DNA of 32,000 nt, from NCBI GenBank assembly GCA_003153315.1, contig PLYA01000036.1, positions 205,858 to 237,857 of the forward strand. Reading direction: 5' to 3'. The first letter of the stretch is position 1. Each line of letters begins with the position of its first letter. The DNA comes from Bacteroidota bacterium. Lineage in GTDB: Bacteria > Bacteroidota > Bacteroidia > B-17B0 > Aurantibacillaceae. A program made the translations under genes and the position numbers. Below the pieces are notes generated by a model. That model made no database searches. It was not told the origin of the DNA and was given only the letters and a program-made list of their open reading frames with translations. This document shows positions 1 through 8,680 of this stretch, one piece after another.

Positions 1-1707
1 TACTTTGTTCTTTAAAACATCCTTCAACCATTTTTGTATAGGGGTTTCAAAGCCATGCTTTTTTCTATCAAGTATTTCTTTCGGCAATAAGTGTGCACAA
101 CTTTCTTTCACTATTTTCTTCTGGATATTAGCATCGATTTTATTTTTCACATCCAACGAAAAAGCAAAATCTACAATCCTGTAATCCAAAAACGGATTAC
201 GGACCTCAAGTGCATTAGCCATACTCATTCTATCAACTTTGGTGAGCATATCACTTGGTAAAACCAAATTTACATCTGCAAGCAAAGTACTGTTGTAATC
301 AGTGTTAACAATAGATGTATAAGTGCTTTTTATTTCACTAAAATATTTTCCTTCTTTCGGAGATAGGTCTATTAGTCTTTTTACCTTATTTTCTTCATAA
401 AAACAAACCCATTGCCAATACCGTTCTTGTGAAGATAATTTTGCCCCATTAGCAAATCTGTTTATCTGCCTTATTCTATTGGATAATTTACTATTACGTG
501 ACGAAGGAAACAAGTCCGTAATTGAAGAAGCGCCTTTTAATAAAGATGTTTTTAATTTCTGATTTCTTATTATCCATTCGGCACGGTGTTTATTATATCC
601 TGCAAAAAGCTCATCAGCCCCATCGCCGGATAATACAACCTTTACATGTTGTTTTGTTTTTTTAGAAAGTACATATACATTAAAAGCAGATGAATCTGCA
701 AAAGGTTCATCAATAGCATTCAAAAAACTTTCTAGTTCATTTTCTGCATCGGTTTCTCCTAAATGAAAGGTTTGATGATTTGTATGATACTTTTTAGCAA
801 CCATCTCTGCATAAACAGATTCATCAAAATAGCTGTTGTTTTTAAACCCAATGGAAAACGTTTGCAGGTTTTTATTTTGTTGCACCGCAATAGCTGTAAT
901 GACACTACTATCTATGCCCCCGCTTAAAAAACAGCCCACGGGTACATCAGAAGTTAAGCGTTCTTCAACAGCGCTTTCAAGAAGAGTAAGAAATGTCTTA
1001 TTGATGTCTTTTGATTCTTTATATTCTGAAGGGAGTTTTATAGAATAATATTTTTCTCTTCGAATCTTATTGCCTTCAATAGTCAAACATTCTCCGGGTT
1101 CGAGCTTATGAATATTTTCGAGTATGCTTAATTTTTCAGGAATATAGGTAAGTTGTAAATAAGTATATAAAGCCGTTTTATTAATGGTATTACAATCTGT
1201 AATATATTTTAAAGTTCGTAATTCTGAAGAACAGGTAAAGTAATTTTCATCCGCGTAGTAATAAAAAGGCTTTACTCCATACCTATCGCGGGCAGCAAAA
1301 AAGGATTGTGTTTGTTTATCATATAAAAGAAAAGAAAAGAACCCATTTATCCTGTTCAGACAATCTTTTCCGTGTTCTTTATACAGATTAATTAAAACCT
1401 CTACATCTCCTTCGGTATAGAAATTATGCCCGCATTGCTTTAATTCGCTTTTTAATTGCTTATAATTAAAAATCTCACCATTATAAACTATTGTAAAACG
1501 GTTATCGTGGGTGGTAAAGGGCTGATTGCTTGCTTCCGATAAATCAATAATGCTTAGGCGGGCATGAGCCATAGCATAGTTACTTTCAATGATATGTTTT
1601 TGATAATCGGGGCCGCGATGTTTAAGTAAATCGGTGCATTTTGCAATGCGACTAAATCGTTCCTTTCCCTTATCATTAAAACTTATTATAGCCGCTATGC
1701 CACACAT
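1..1707 (-). CDS. asnB: asparagine synthase (glutamine-hydrolysing); C-terminal end cut by the window edge
   Basis: Absent from the ORF track because it runs off the window. The reverse complement from 1707 reads ATG TGT GGC ATA = MCGIAAIISF (Ntn amidotransferase Cys2). The PP-loop motif SGGIDSS is encoded near 900-930. The last codons at 1-60 read KHGFETPIQKWLKDVLKNKV in frame. Confidence 0.9.
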   Translation of the reverse strand, partial: MCGIAAIISFNDKGKERFSRIAKCTDLLKHRGPDYQKHIIESNYAMAHARLSIIDLSEASNQPFTTHDNRFTIVYNGEIFNYKQLKSELKQCGHNFYTEGDVEVLINLYKEHGKDCLNRINGFFSFLLYDKQTQSFFAARDRYGVKPFYYYADENYFTCSSELRTLKYITDCNTINKTALYTYLQLTYIPEKLSILENIHKLEPGECLTIEGNKIRREKYYSIKLPSEYKESKDINKTFLTLLESAVEERLTSDVPVGCFLSGGIDSSVITAIAVQQNKNLQTFSIGFKNNSYFDESVYAEMVAKKYHTNHQTFHLGETDAENELESFLNAIDEPFADSSAFNVYVLSKKTKQHVKVVLSGDGADELFAGYNKHRAEWIIRNQKLKTSLLKGASSITDLFPSSRNSKLSNRIRQINRFANGAKLSSQERYWQWVCFYEENKVKRLIDLSPKEGKYFSEIKSTYTSIVNTDYNSTLLADVNLVLPSDMLTKVDRMSMANALEVRNPFLDYRIVDFAFSLDVKNKIDANIQKKIVKESCAHLLPKEILDRKKHGFETPIQKWLKDVLKNKV

Positions 1708-1773
1708 CTTACCTGCAAAGATGCTAAAAGGTTAGGGGGTAAAAAAGAATAAGAGAAGGTTTCGTTCAGAAAT

Positions 1774-2277
1774 CTACTGCCAAGCGCAAACGATGCCGCC
1801 CATAAAGGCAAGACATACTATCCAAAATCCGGCATTAATAGCAATATATTTAAAGCCCTTTCGCTCGAACAAAGCATTAATGGCAATAATAGGTAACACA
1901 AACATAAAACCACTTACGGTACCATGTAAAGCACCATGCTTAAAAGTGCGGAAGTTATTACCGTATTTCGCCATAAAATCTGCAAAATAAGCCCCAATAG
2001 GCGTGGTTGGGTCTGCCAAAGCTTTGGGGTCGGTAGCTAAGGACGAGAAAACACCCCATTGGTGTATGGTTATAAAATTCATAGTCATGGCAACAAAAAA
2101 GCTAAATACAAAAGTTAACCCAAATACAAGCCCCATGTTTGCACCTTTCATTTTCTCTATACTAACATCGGCGGCTTTCATCCAGGCGGTACCTAATACT
2201 TTTGGGTTATACCAAATAAAACCAATTATCATTGGGATTAATGCTGCTACTAAAACGGCTAAAAAATTAATGTTCAT
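1774..2277 (-). CDS. small integral membrane protein, DUF1761-like
   Basis: 167-aa ORF with several hydrophobic helices. The N-terminus MNINFLAVLVAALIPMIIGFIWYNPKVLGTAWM resembles the DUF1761 family as I remember it. Confidence 0.7.
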   Translation of the reverse strand: MNINFLAVLVAALIPMIIGFIWYNPKVLGTAWMKAADVSIEKMKGANMGLVFGLTFVFSFFVAMTMNFITIHQWGVFSSLATDPKALADPTTPIGAYFADFMAKYGNNFRTFKHGALHGTVSGFMFVLPIIAINALFERKGFKYIAINAGFWIVCLAFMGGIVCAWQ

Positions 2278-2317
2278 TTTATTTATTTTAAATCAAAGGT
2301 AAAAAATTAAGTGGAAT

Positions 2318-2352
2318 AAAAAAGCCTTACAAAATTTGTAAGGCTTTTTTTG
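2318..2352 (-). terminator. Rho-independent terminator after the OmpA-family gene (T/A runs on both sides, possibly bidirectional)
   Basis: Perfect stem gccttacaaa (2324-2333) / tttgtaaggc (2335-2344), flanked by an A-run on the left and a T-run on the right. It lies 18 nt past the stop at 2362. Confidence 0.65.
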
Positions 2353-2361
2353 TGTTTTTTG

Positions 2362-4428
2362 TTATTTATCACTCGGCGCATCTTCAATTTTATCTGCGTC
2401 TTCTTCATTCAATACTTTAGGGTGATATTTAGGAATATCTGTTTTAGGCGCTTTAGGATCTACATAATCCCAACTGATAATTTTAAATACTGTACGACGG
2501 TTTAACTGGTGCAAAGCTTCTTTTTCTTCTTTTGTTTTTGCTTTTGTTATTTGAGCATCCGTAATTTTTAATTTTCTTTTGCCATAACCTTTTGCAACCA
2601 TACGTTCTACAGGTATTCCTTTAGAAACTAAATAATCAACACAAGATTGCGCACGTGCCTGAGATAATTTTTCGTTTAAAGCTGCATTACCACGACTATC
2701 TGTATGCGCACTTAACTCAATGATAATAGTTGGGTTATCTGTTAAGGTTTTAAATAAGAAATTAAGCGAGTCTTTTGATTCAGGCTTCAAATCTGCTTTA
2801 CCCAATTCGTACTGAACGGCAGGGAAACGAATTTCTCCTTCGGGTACCGGCTTTAATTCAAAATCTTTTTTAAAGTTGGTAGATTCCATAATATCAATCG
2901 TGCTGAATTTTCCTTTGTCTTCTGATGCAAAGAAACTTCTTGGCGCGGTTGGTGTTTTTAAATCTTTATTGGTTTGCGTGTAAATCTCATAAGAAACCTG
3001 TGGTTTTAAAGGAAGCGTATAGGCACCGTCTTTATCGGTAGTAACCTGTGCCAATGTTCCGTCAGAACCTTTAATGATAATAGGGCAATTAGGAATAACC
3101 GTTTTATCTTCCATGTTTGTAACAACACCCGACGCGTTGAACACTAATGGTGGAAGATAGAAAGACCAAATATCATCTTCTCCTTTGCCACCTTCTCTAT
3201 CAGAAGATAGATAACCGCGGTCTTTATTTCCATCATAAATAATTCCAAAATCATCATGCGGAGAATTCATCGGGTATTTTAAGTTCTCTGCCTGTCCGCT
3301 AAAACTACCGTCTTTAGCTGCCACAATTTTGTAGATATCCAATCCGCCCATACCAAGCATAGCATCGGAAGAGAAAAATAAGGTTTTGTTATCGGCATGC
3401 ATATAAGGGAAACCTTCGTTACCGGCTGTGTTAACTGATGCGCCTAAGTTAACAGGCTGACCCCAAGCTTTATCTTTTTTAGAGAATGTGCTTTTCCAGA
3501 TATCATAATGTCCTTTTCCACCGGTCATGTTAGATGAGAAATACAAAGTACCTCCATCAGGAGAAAGGGCCGGGTTGTTGAACTGAAAGCTATCAATATC
3601 AAAAGAGATAGGGGTTGGTTCTGCCCAACTTGGTCCTTGTTTGTTTGATATATAAAGCTGGCATTTCATTTGTTTCTTTTTGGCTTCTCCGCAACGGGTA
3701 AAAATCATAAAGGTTCCTTTTTTATCCACCACAGCGCAACCTTCGTTAACACCGCTGCTTATTGGAGGCCCAAGTGGTGCAGGTGTGCTCCACTTTCCGT
3801 CTTTACCAAGTTTTGTTTCAAAAATATCCGAGTGAAAATCGCCTGTTGTACCATCAGCCTTGCCATCGCCGGTAGCACCATCTCTGGTTGAAGTAAACCA
3901 TAAAGTAGAATTTTTCTTGTCGGAAAAAGCAGGAGAATAATCCGCTTCTTTGCTGTTTATCATGCCCATGTTGTCAATTTTATGACGGGTTGGGCTATCC
4001 ACCCATTTTTGAGCCAATTCGCAGGATTTAATCTCATCTTCTGCACGTTGGTCTGAGGGCACTTCTTTTTTGTAAGCTTCAAAAGATGCAATAGCTTCAT
4101 TATACAGTTTTTGCTCTTTTTTTATTTCTCCGATATAAAAATTACACTTAGGATCGGGGTATTTTGCAGCAATTGCCTTTTGATAAAAGGTTATAGCCTC
4201 ATTCAGGTCATTAATCTTGTGATAACAAACAGCTGTACGGAAAAGAATTTTTGCCTTTTTTTCGGCTTTTTTCTCTTTAACGTAGGCTTTTTTATACCAA
4301 TCGATGGCGGTAAAATATTCTTGTGCAATAAACGCATTATCAGCTTCTTTTAAAGTGTTTTTTTGGGCAAAACCATTCATAAAAACAGCTATCGTAAATA
4401 CAAGAGCCAGTGTAATTTTCTTCATCAT
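2362..4428 (-). CDS. OmpA-family outer-membrane/periplasmic protein with N-terminal TPR and PD40 (TolB-like beta-propeller) repeats
   Basis: Signal peptide MMKKITLALVFTIAVFMNGFAQ. TPR-like YFTAIDWYKKAY region. Repeated DYSPAFS / LYFSSN / LFFSSD PD40 motifs. C-terminal OmpA motif AHTDSRGNAALNEKLSQARAQSCVDYLVSKGI. Confidence 0.9.
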   Translation of the reverse strand: MMKKITLALVFTIAVFMNGFAQKNTLKEADNAFIAQEYFTAIDWYKKAYVKEKKAEKKAKILFRTAVCYHKINDLNEAITFYQKAIAAKYPDPKCNFYIGEIKKEQKLYNEAIASFEAYKKEVPSDQRAEDEIKSCELAQKWVDSPTRHKIDNMGMINSKEADYSPAFSDKKNSTLWFTSTRDGATGDGKADGTTGDFHSDIFETKLGKDGKWSTPAPLGPPISSGVNEGCAVVDKKGTFMIFTRCGEAKKKQMKCQLYISNKQGPSWAEPTPISFDIDSFQFNNPALSPDGGTLYFSSNMTGGKGHYDIWKSTFSKKDKAWGQPVNLGASVNTAGNEGFPYMHADNKTLFFSSDAMLGMGGLDIYKIVAAKDGSFSGQAENLKYPMNSPHDDFGIIYDGNKDRGYLSSDREGGKGEDDIWSFYLPPLVFNASGVVTNMEDKTVIPNCPIIIKGSDGTLAQVTTDKDGAYTLPLKPQVSYEIYTQTNKDLKTPTAPRSFFASEDKGKFSTIDIMESTNFKKDFELKPVPEGEIRFPAVQYELGKADLKPESKDSLNFLFKTLTDNPTIIIELSAHTDSRGNAALNEKLSQARAQSCVDYLVSKGIPVERMVAKGYGKRKLKITDAQITKAKTKEEKEALHQLNRRTVFKIISWDYVDPKAPKTDIPKYHPKVLNEEDADKIEDAPSDK

Positions 4429-4526
4429 AATTTAGATATTATTAAAAATAAACAGCCGCTAAAGTAACAATTAATGTTAATTCCAAAAACTTTTTTTATT
4501 TTTTATGGAAATTGCGTCAAATAAAA

Positions 4527-4552
4527 AGTCCCTCTCTTTTAAGAGAAGGACT
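4527..4552 (-). terminator. Rho-independent terminator of orphan gene 4575-5330
   Basis: Imperfect hairpin agtccctctctttt/aagagaaggact. On the minus strand it is followed by TTTTTATTT. It lies 23 nt after the TAA at 4575-4577. Confidence 0.6.
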
Positions 4553-4574
4553 TTTAGTTTATAGTTATAATTTA

Positions 4575-5330
4575 TTAAGAAATAACCACCCTAAACACTT
4601 TGGTGGGAGTACCCATCACGGCTTTTTTGCCTTTGCCTTTTTCTTGCATATAAAACAGGGCTGCCATGCCTTCTTCGGCTTCGGTAAAGTTGGCGGTAAG
4701 GGTGCCGCGTACCAAATCACCCAGGTAGGTATAGCCCGAAGTTTTTACCGCAGGGTCGGGTATGGTGGTTAGGTTGGCGGCCTGTATCAGTATAAATATC
4801 ATGGCTTCTTTTACGCCTTTGCGCTTGGCTTTGCTGGTGGTGCCGGGGTAGTTAATTTCAATTTCTATGCTTAGGTGTATTTGGTGTTTCATGCTAAGGT
4901 ACATGGGCAGCAGCTTGCCGGTTGCCTCGGTGCTTATGGTAGAGGTGGTACGCGTGCCACTTGGCACGGTAATGCGCATAGCTTTTTTTTGCGTAGCCGT
5001 TACCCGTTTATTATTGGCAATATAACTTTTTATAAACATACGGATACTGGTATCGGTACCAATTTTTACATTGCCGCTTTCATAGGCTTGGCGTGCTCCT
5101 TTTAGCTCGGTTTCATTACTGTGTTTAAATTCTTTGCTGCTTACTATTGCCCAAGCGGCTTGCCAACGGGCTTGTTTCACATTTCCGGTGCCTGTAAGGG
5201 TTGCCCAATCAGCAACGGCATCGCTGTTCCAGTTCCAACCGGCTTTAAAAGCGTTTACCTGATTTACAAAGTTAATTTCCCAAGCGGCAAACTCGGCGTT
5301 GGGGGCGGGGATAAAATCATGATCTGGCAT
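4575..5330 (-). CDS. orphan protein (helical N-terminal half, beta-rich C-terminal half); module-1 gene downstream of the 21-bp array
   Basis: 251-aa ORF, visibly more GC-rich than its neighbours, with an ATG start and its own terminator. No family recognised. In-frame TAA stops upstream of the ATG exclude an extension into the repeat array. Confidence 0.75.
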   Translation of the reverse strand: MPDHDFIPAPNAEFAAWEINFVNQVNAFKAGWNWNSDAVADWATLTGTGNVKQARWQAAWAIVSSKEFKHSNETELKGARQAYESGNVKIGTDTSIRMFIKSYIANNKRVTATQKKAMRITVPSGTRTTSTISTEATGKLLPMYLSMKHQIHLSIEIEINYPGTTSKAKRKGVKEAMIFILIQAANLTTIPDPAVKTSGYTYLGDLVRGTLTANFTEAEEGMAALFYMQEKGKGKKAVMGTPTKVFRVVIS

Positions 5331-5368
5331 GGCTATTTGGTTTTAGAGGTTAACGGATTAGTTTTAAG

Positions 5369-5578
5369 GACGTTCCCTGAAACTTTGCAGACACGTCCTG
5401 AAGATAATTGGGCATGTCCTGAAGGTAACTGGACACGTCCTGATAATACGAGGACACGTCCTGATGAAACGAGGGCATGTCCTGATGAAACGAGGGCATG
5501 TCCTGAAGGTAACCGGACACGTCCTGACGATAACTGGACACGCCCTGATGAAACAAGGACATATCCTGAAACTTGTTT
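5369..5578 (-). repeat. array 1: 10 head-to-tail direct repeats, exact 21-bp period
   Basis: Plus-strand units start at 5369, 5390, 5411, 5432, 5453, 5474, 5495, 5516, 5537 and 5558. Examples: gacacgtcctgatgaaacgag and ggcatgtcctgaaggtaactg. Consensus GRCAYGTCCTGA + 9 variable nt. No indels between units. Confidence 0.95.
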
Positions 5579-5807
5579 GCTAACCCCTACTATATAGTTC
5601 GGCAAGCTCACTAACAAGTGTGGGGTTTTAGGCATCTTCTCTATGTATGTGGTTGTTTTCATTTTGTTACAGTAAAATTAACGAAAAATAGTTGAAACTC
5701 TTTCATTAAGTTTTCAACCGTTGGCGGGGGTGCGGTTCGCATCTTTTTCAATGTTTTAGGGGCTTGTATCGGTATAATCTTATTTTATAGGGACGGCGCT
5801 TTTTGAG

Positions 5808-5815
5808 TATATTTG
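5808..5815 (+). promoter_or_regulatory. candidate Bacteroidota -7 promoter box (TAnnTTTG)
   Basis: TATATTTG matches the consensus exactly and ends 7 nt before the ATG at 5823. No convincing -33 TTG was checked. Confidence 0.3.
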
Positions 5816-5822
5816 CTTTGAA

Positions 5823-6455
5823 ATGAAATATTTCTTGCCTCTATTTCTGTTGTTTGTTTTAGCCTCTTGTTCTGTACAAAAAAGATTATACAACAAAGGT
5901 TTTTATGTAAGCAAAAGCCAGCCTACTAATAAGGCTGATATTATAAAAGATACTGCTAAACAAGCTTCTTTATTACACACCATAAAACAAAAGAAAGAAA
6001 CTAATGCTCCCTTGCTTGCTACAGCCGTTAAAGCAATTGCGGTTATTACTAAAAAACAAAATCTCTTACAAGACCCTTGCGATACTATTGTGATGAAAAC
6101 GGGAGAAAAGATTTTAGGTAAAGTAACTAAAGTAAAAGAAGATAAAGTGTTTTTTGAAAATTGTGATGGACAGGGCTATTCAAGCTCTTCTATTCATAAA
6201 GCAGATATTGGTCGTATATCTTATGCTAATGTAAAGCAAAAAACTCAAATTGATAATGGAAAGAAAAGTACTTTTTTCATCGTGAAACTTATTGTATTCC
6301 TTTTATTAATTCTCTGTTTAGTGACAATACTCTTTGTGCGCAATTCTTCATCATCATTTGGACTGGTAGTGTATTTGTTTTTTGCATCAATATTCCTTTT
6401 AATTGCATTAGCTATTATGTTACTTATTACCTTAATTCTGTGGATTACCAATTAA
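5823..6455 (+). CDS. hypothetical lipoprotein with C-terminal transmembrane helices
   Basis: Lipobox-like N-terminus MKYFLPLFLLFVLASCS. Two hydrophobic helices at the C-terminus (FFIVKLIVFLLLILCLVTILF and VVYLFFASIFLLIALAIMLLITLILWI). Confidence 0.7.
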   Translation: MKYFLPLFLLFVLASCSVQKRLYNKGFYVSKSQPTNKADIIKDTAKQASLLHTIKQKKETNAPLLATAVKAIAVITKKQNLLQDPCDTIVMKTGEKILGKVTKVKEDKVFFENCDGQGYSSSSIHKADIGRISYANVKQKTQIDNGKKSTFFIVKLIVFLLLILCLVTILFVRNSSSSFGLVVYLFFASIFLLIALAIMLLITLILWITN

Positions 6456-6506
6456 ATAGTTAAAGGCTGCGTTATGGGATTGCAACGAAAATTCTTTTGC
6501 GGTACA

Positions 6507-6562
6507 ACGTCATGCTGAACTCGTTTCAGCATCTGAGATTCCGAAACAAGTTCGGAATGACG
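6507..6562. repeat. REP-like compound palindromic element (two hairpins enclosed by an outer stem)
   Basis: Outer stem acgtcat (6507-6513) / atgacg (6557-6562). Inner hairpins tgctgaa-ctcgt-ttcagca and attccgaa-acaag-ttcggaat. It translates to the LNSFQHL / KQVRND-type strings typical of Bacteroidota intergenic repeats. Confidence 0.6.
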
Positions 6563-6580
6563 AATGCAAGGGAACGCCCA

Positions 6581-7945
6581 CTACCCGAATAAGTGCGTAA
6601 ACACCTCTTCCATTTTAGAAACGCTGATAAGCTTTATTTTAAATTTATTTAAATCAACCCCCTTGCTGTTGTAGGATGAAATAAACATGCGCTTAAAGCC
6701 CAGTTTTTCGGCTTCGGCAATGCGCTGCTCTATGCGGTTCACGGGGCGTATCTCTCCGGTAAGGCCCACCTCAGCGGCAAAGCAGGTATCCTGCGGTATG
6801 CACAAATCTTCGTTAGAAGAAAGCACAGCACAAACCACCGCCAGGTCTATACCCGGGTCTTCTACCTTAATGCCACCTGCAATGTTTAAGAACACATCTT
6901 TTACGCCCAACCTAAAGCCGCAGCGTTTTTCAAGCACGGCAAGCAACATATTTAAGCGGCGCAAATCAAATCCTGTAGAGGCACGTTGCGGGGTGCCATA
7001 CGCAGCACTGCTTACAAGCGATTGTATTTCTATCAGCATAGGGCGCAAACCCTCCATACTGGCAGCAATGGCAACACCACTGGTGGGCTCGTCTCTATGC
7101 GTAATTAATATTTCTGATGGGTTGCTAACAGCACGTAAACCTGTGCCACGCATTTCATAAATGCCTAATTCGTTGGTGCTTCCAAAACGGTTTTTGGTGG
7201 TGCGCAGTAAACGGTATACATAGTTCCTGTCGCCCTCAAACTGAAGCACGGTATCAACCATGTGCTCCAATACCTTTGGTCCGGCAAGACTACCATCTTT
7301 AGTAATATGTCCTATAATAAAGACAGGCGTACCACTTTCTTTGGCAAAGCGCATCAACTCGGCGGCGCACTCGCGCACCTGACTAACACTGCCCGGACTA
7401 GATTCTATAAAAGCACTGTGCAGTGTTTGGATAGAATCTATAATAACCAGATTGGGTTCGTTCTGTTCTATTTGTTTAAATATATTTTGGGTGTTGGTCT
7501 CTGCCAAGATAAAACAGGTGTCGTTTTGTATACCTACGCGCTCAGCGCGCATGCGTATTTGTTGCTCGCTCTCCTCACCCGACACATATAGTATTTTAAT
7601 TCCTTTTGCCTGAAGGGCTACCTGCAACATCAGGGTAGATTTACCAATGCCGGGCTCTCCGCCAAACAACACTAATGAACCAGGCACAATACCGCCGCCT
7701 AAGATTCTGTCCAGCTCTGCATCATTGGTAGAAAAGCGTTGTTCGTTCTCAACAGTAATTTCATTTATTAATAAGGGCTTGCGCGCCTTACCCAAAGAAG
7801 TAGAACCACTGTTGTTTTTGGTTTCCTTAACGGTAATTTCTTCTATAAAAGAATTCCAGGTATCACAAGAGGGGCATTTACCAAGCCATTTAACCGATTG
7901 GTAACCGCAACTTTGACAAAAAAAGGAAGATTTGGTTTTAGCCAT
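6581..7945 (-). CDS. radA: DNA repair protein RadA/Sms
   Basis: Zn-ribbon CQSCGYQSVKWLGKCPSCDTW, Walker A GGEPGIGKST, RadA signature KNRFG, Lon-like C-terminal domain. The start is set at ATG 7945 (MAKTKSSFFC) rather than the track start at 7978. Confidence 0.93.
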   Translation of the reverse strand: MAKTKSSFFCQSCGYQSVKWLGKCPSCDTWNSFIEEITVKETKNNSGSTSLGKARKPLLINEITVENEQRFSTNDAELDRILGGGIVPGSLVLFGGEPGIGKSTLMLQVALQAKGIKILYVSGEESEQQIRMRAERVGIQNDTCFILAETNTQNIFKQIEQNEPNLVIIDSIQTLHSAFIESSPGSVSQVRECAAELMRFAKESGTPVFIIGHITKDGSLAGPKVLEHMVDTVLQFEGDRNYVYRLLRTTKNRFGSTNELGIYEMRGTGLRAVSNPSEILITHRDEPTSGVAIAASMEGLRPMLIEIQSLVSSAAYGTPQRASTGFDLRRLNMLLAVLEKRCGFRLGVKDVFLNIAGGIKVEDPGIDLAVVCAVLSSNEDLCIPQDTCFAAEVGLTGEIRPVNRIEQRIAEAEKLGFKRMFISSYNSKGVDLNKFKIKLISVSKMEEVFTHLFG

Positions 7946-7986
7946 TAGGGCAGTAAAAGTAACTAAAAGAAACCCCAAATTCTAAT

Positions 7987-7994
7987 TACTTTTG
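7987..7994 (+). promoter_or_regulatory. candidate -7 promoter box (TAnnTTTG) for trmB
   Basis: TACTTTTG matches exactly and ends 8 nt before the ATG at 8003. Confidence 0.35.
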
Positions 7995-8002
7995 TCGCCG
8001 TT

Positions 8003-8671
8003 ATGCCAAATAAGCTTGAAAAATTTGCCGAGTTTGATACCTTCCAAAACTGTAGCTATCTCCCGTTTGAAGAGATAAAGAATGGGCATCCTTTAAAGGG
8101 CAAATGGCACAAAGAGTACTTTGAAAACCAAAACCCCATCATTCTTGAATTAGGCTGTGGCAAAGGAGAGTACACGGTTGGTATGGCACAGAATAACCTC
8201 AAGAAAAACTATATTGGTGTTGATATAAAGGGCAATCGTATTTGGACGGGTGCCAAGTATGCCAGTATGAATAATATGGTAAACGTGGCTTTTGTGCGCA
8301 CCCGGATTGATTTTATAGAATACTGCTTTGCCGAAAACGAAATAGATGAGATATGGATTACTTTTCCTGACCCTCAACTACAAAAAACACGTACGCGTAA
8401 ACGATTAACAAACCCTTTGTTTTTGAACCGATACAAGAAGTTTCTCAAAAAAGATGGACTCATTCATTTAAAAACAGACAGCACTACTTTTTATGAATAT
8501 ACACTGGAAGTGATTGCAGATAATAAGTTGCCCTTGCTATATTCTACGAATGATTTGTATGAAAATAACCCTTCGGGTAAAGAGGAGCTAACCAATATTA
8601 AAACCCATTACGAGCAGCTTTTTTCAGCCAGAGGAGCTAAGATAAAATACTGTTGCTTTAAATTACATTAA
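8003..8671 (+). CDS. trmB: tRNA (guanine46-N7)-methyltransferase
   Basis: LELGCGKGEYTVGMA SAM motif and IWITFPDPQLQK motif characteristic of TrmB. The 222-aa length is typical. Confidence 0.9.
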   Translation: MPNKLEKFAEFDTFQNCSYLPFEEIKNGHPLKGKWHKEYFENQNPIILELGCGKGEYTVGMAQNNLKKNYIGVDIKGNRIWTGAKYASMNNMVNVAFVRTRIDFIEYCFAENEIDEIWITFPDPQLQKTRTRKRLTNPLFLNRYKKFLKKDGLIHLKTDSTTFYEYTLEVIADNKLPLLYSTNDLYENNPSGKEELTNIKTHYEQLFSARGAKIKYCCFKLH

Positions 8672-8680
8672 ATTTACACG

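Noticed and set aside
836-1048. 70-aa plus-strand ORF, and similar 60-160 aa ORFs antisense to long genes (for example 1793-2302, 3670-4353, 6687-7904, 25398-26297, 27250-29760).
   Set aside because: Each lies entirely inside a well-supported gene on the opposite strand with recognisable family motifs. No independent signals support them.
5369-5578. Whether array 1 or array 2 (22237-22530) could be a CRISPR array.
   Set aside because: The period is only 21 bp, with about 6-9 variable nt per unit. This is far below CRISPR repeat (about 23-47 bp) plus spacer (about 26-50 bp) dimensions. There are no cas genes in the window.
5121-5662. Three track ORFs running through array 1: 5121-5597 plus (…TRPDETRACPDETRACPEGNR…), 5333-5662 minus (…SSGRVQLSSGRVRLPSGHALV…) and 5350-5562 minus (…HQDMPSFHQDMPSF…).
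   Set aside because: All three frames are open simply because a stop-free 21-bp unit is reiterated. The compositions are implausible. The plus-strand ORF is antisense to a convincing gene. The minus-strand ORFs are out of frame with the downstream gene and end in a TAG 2 nt before its ATG.
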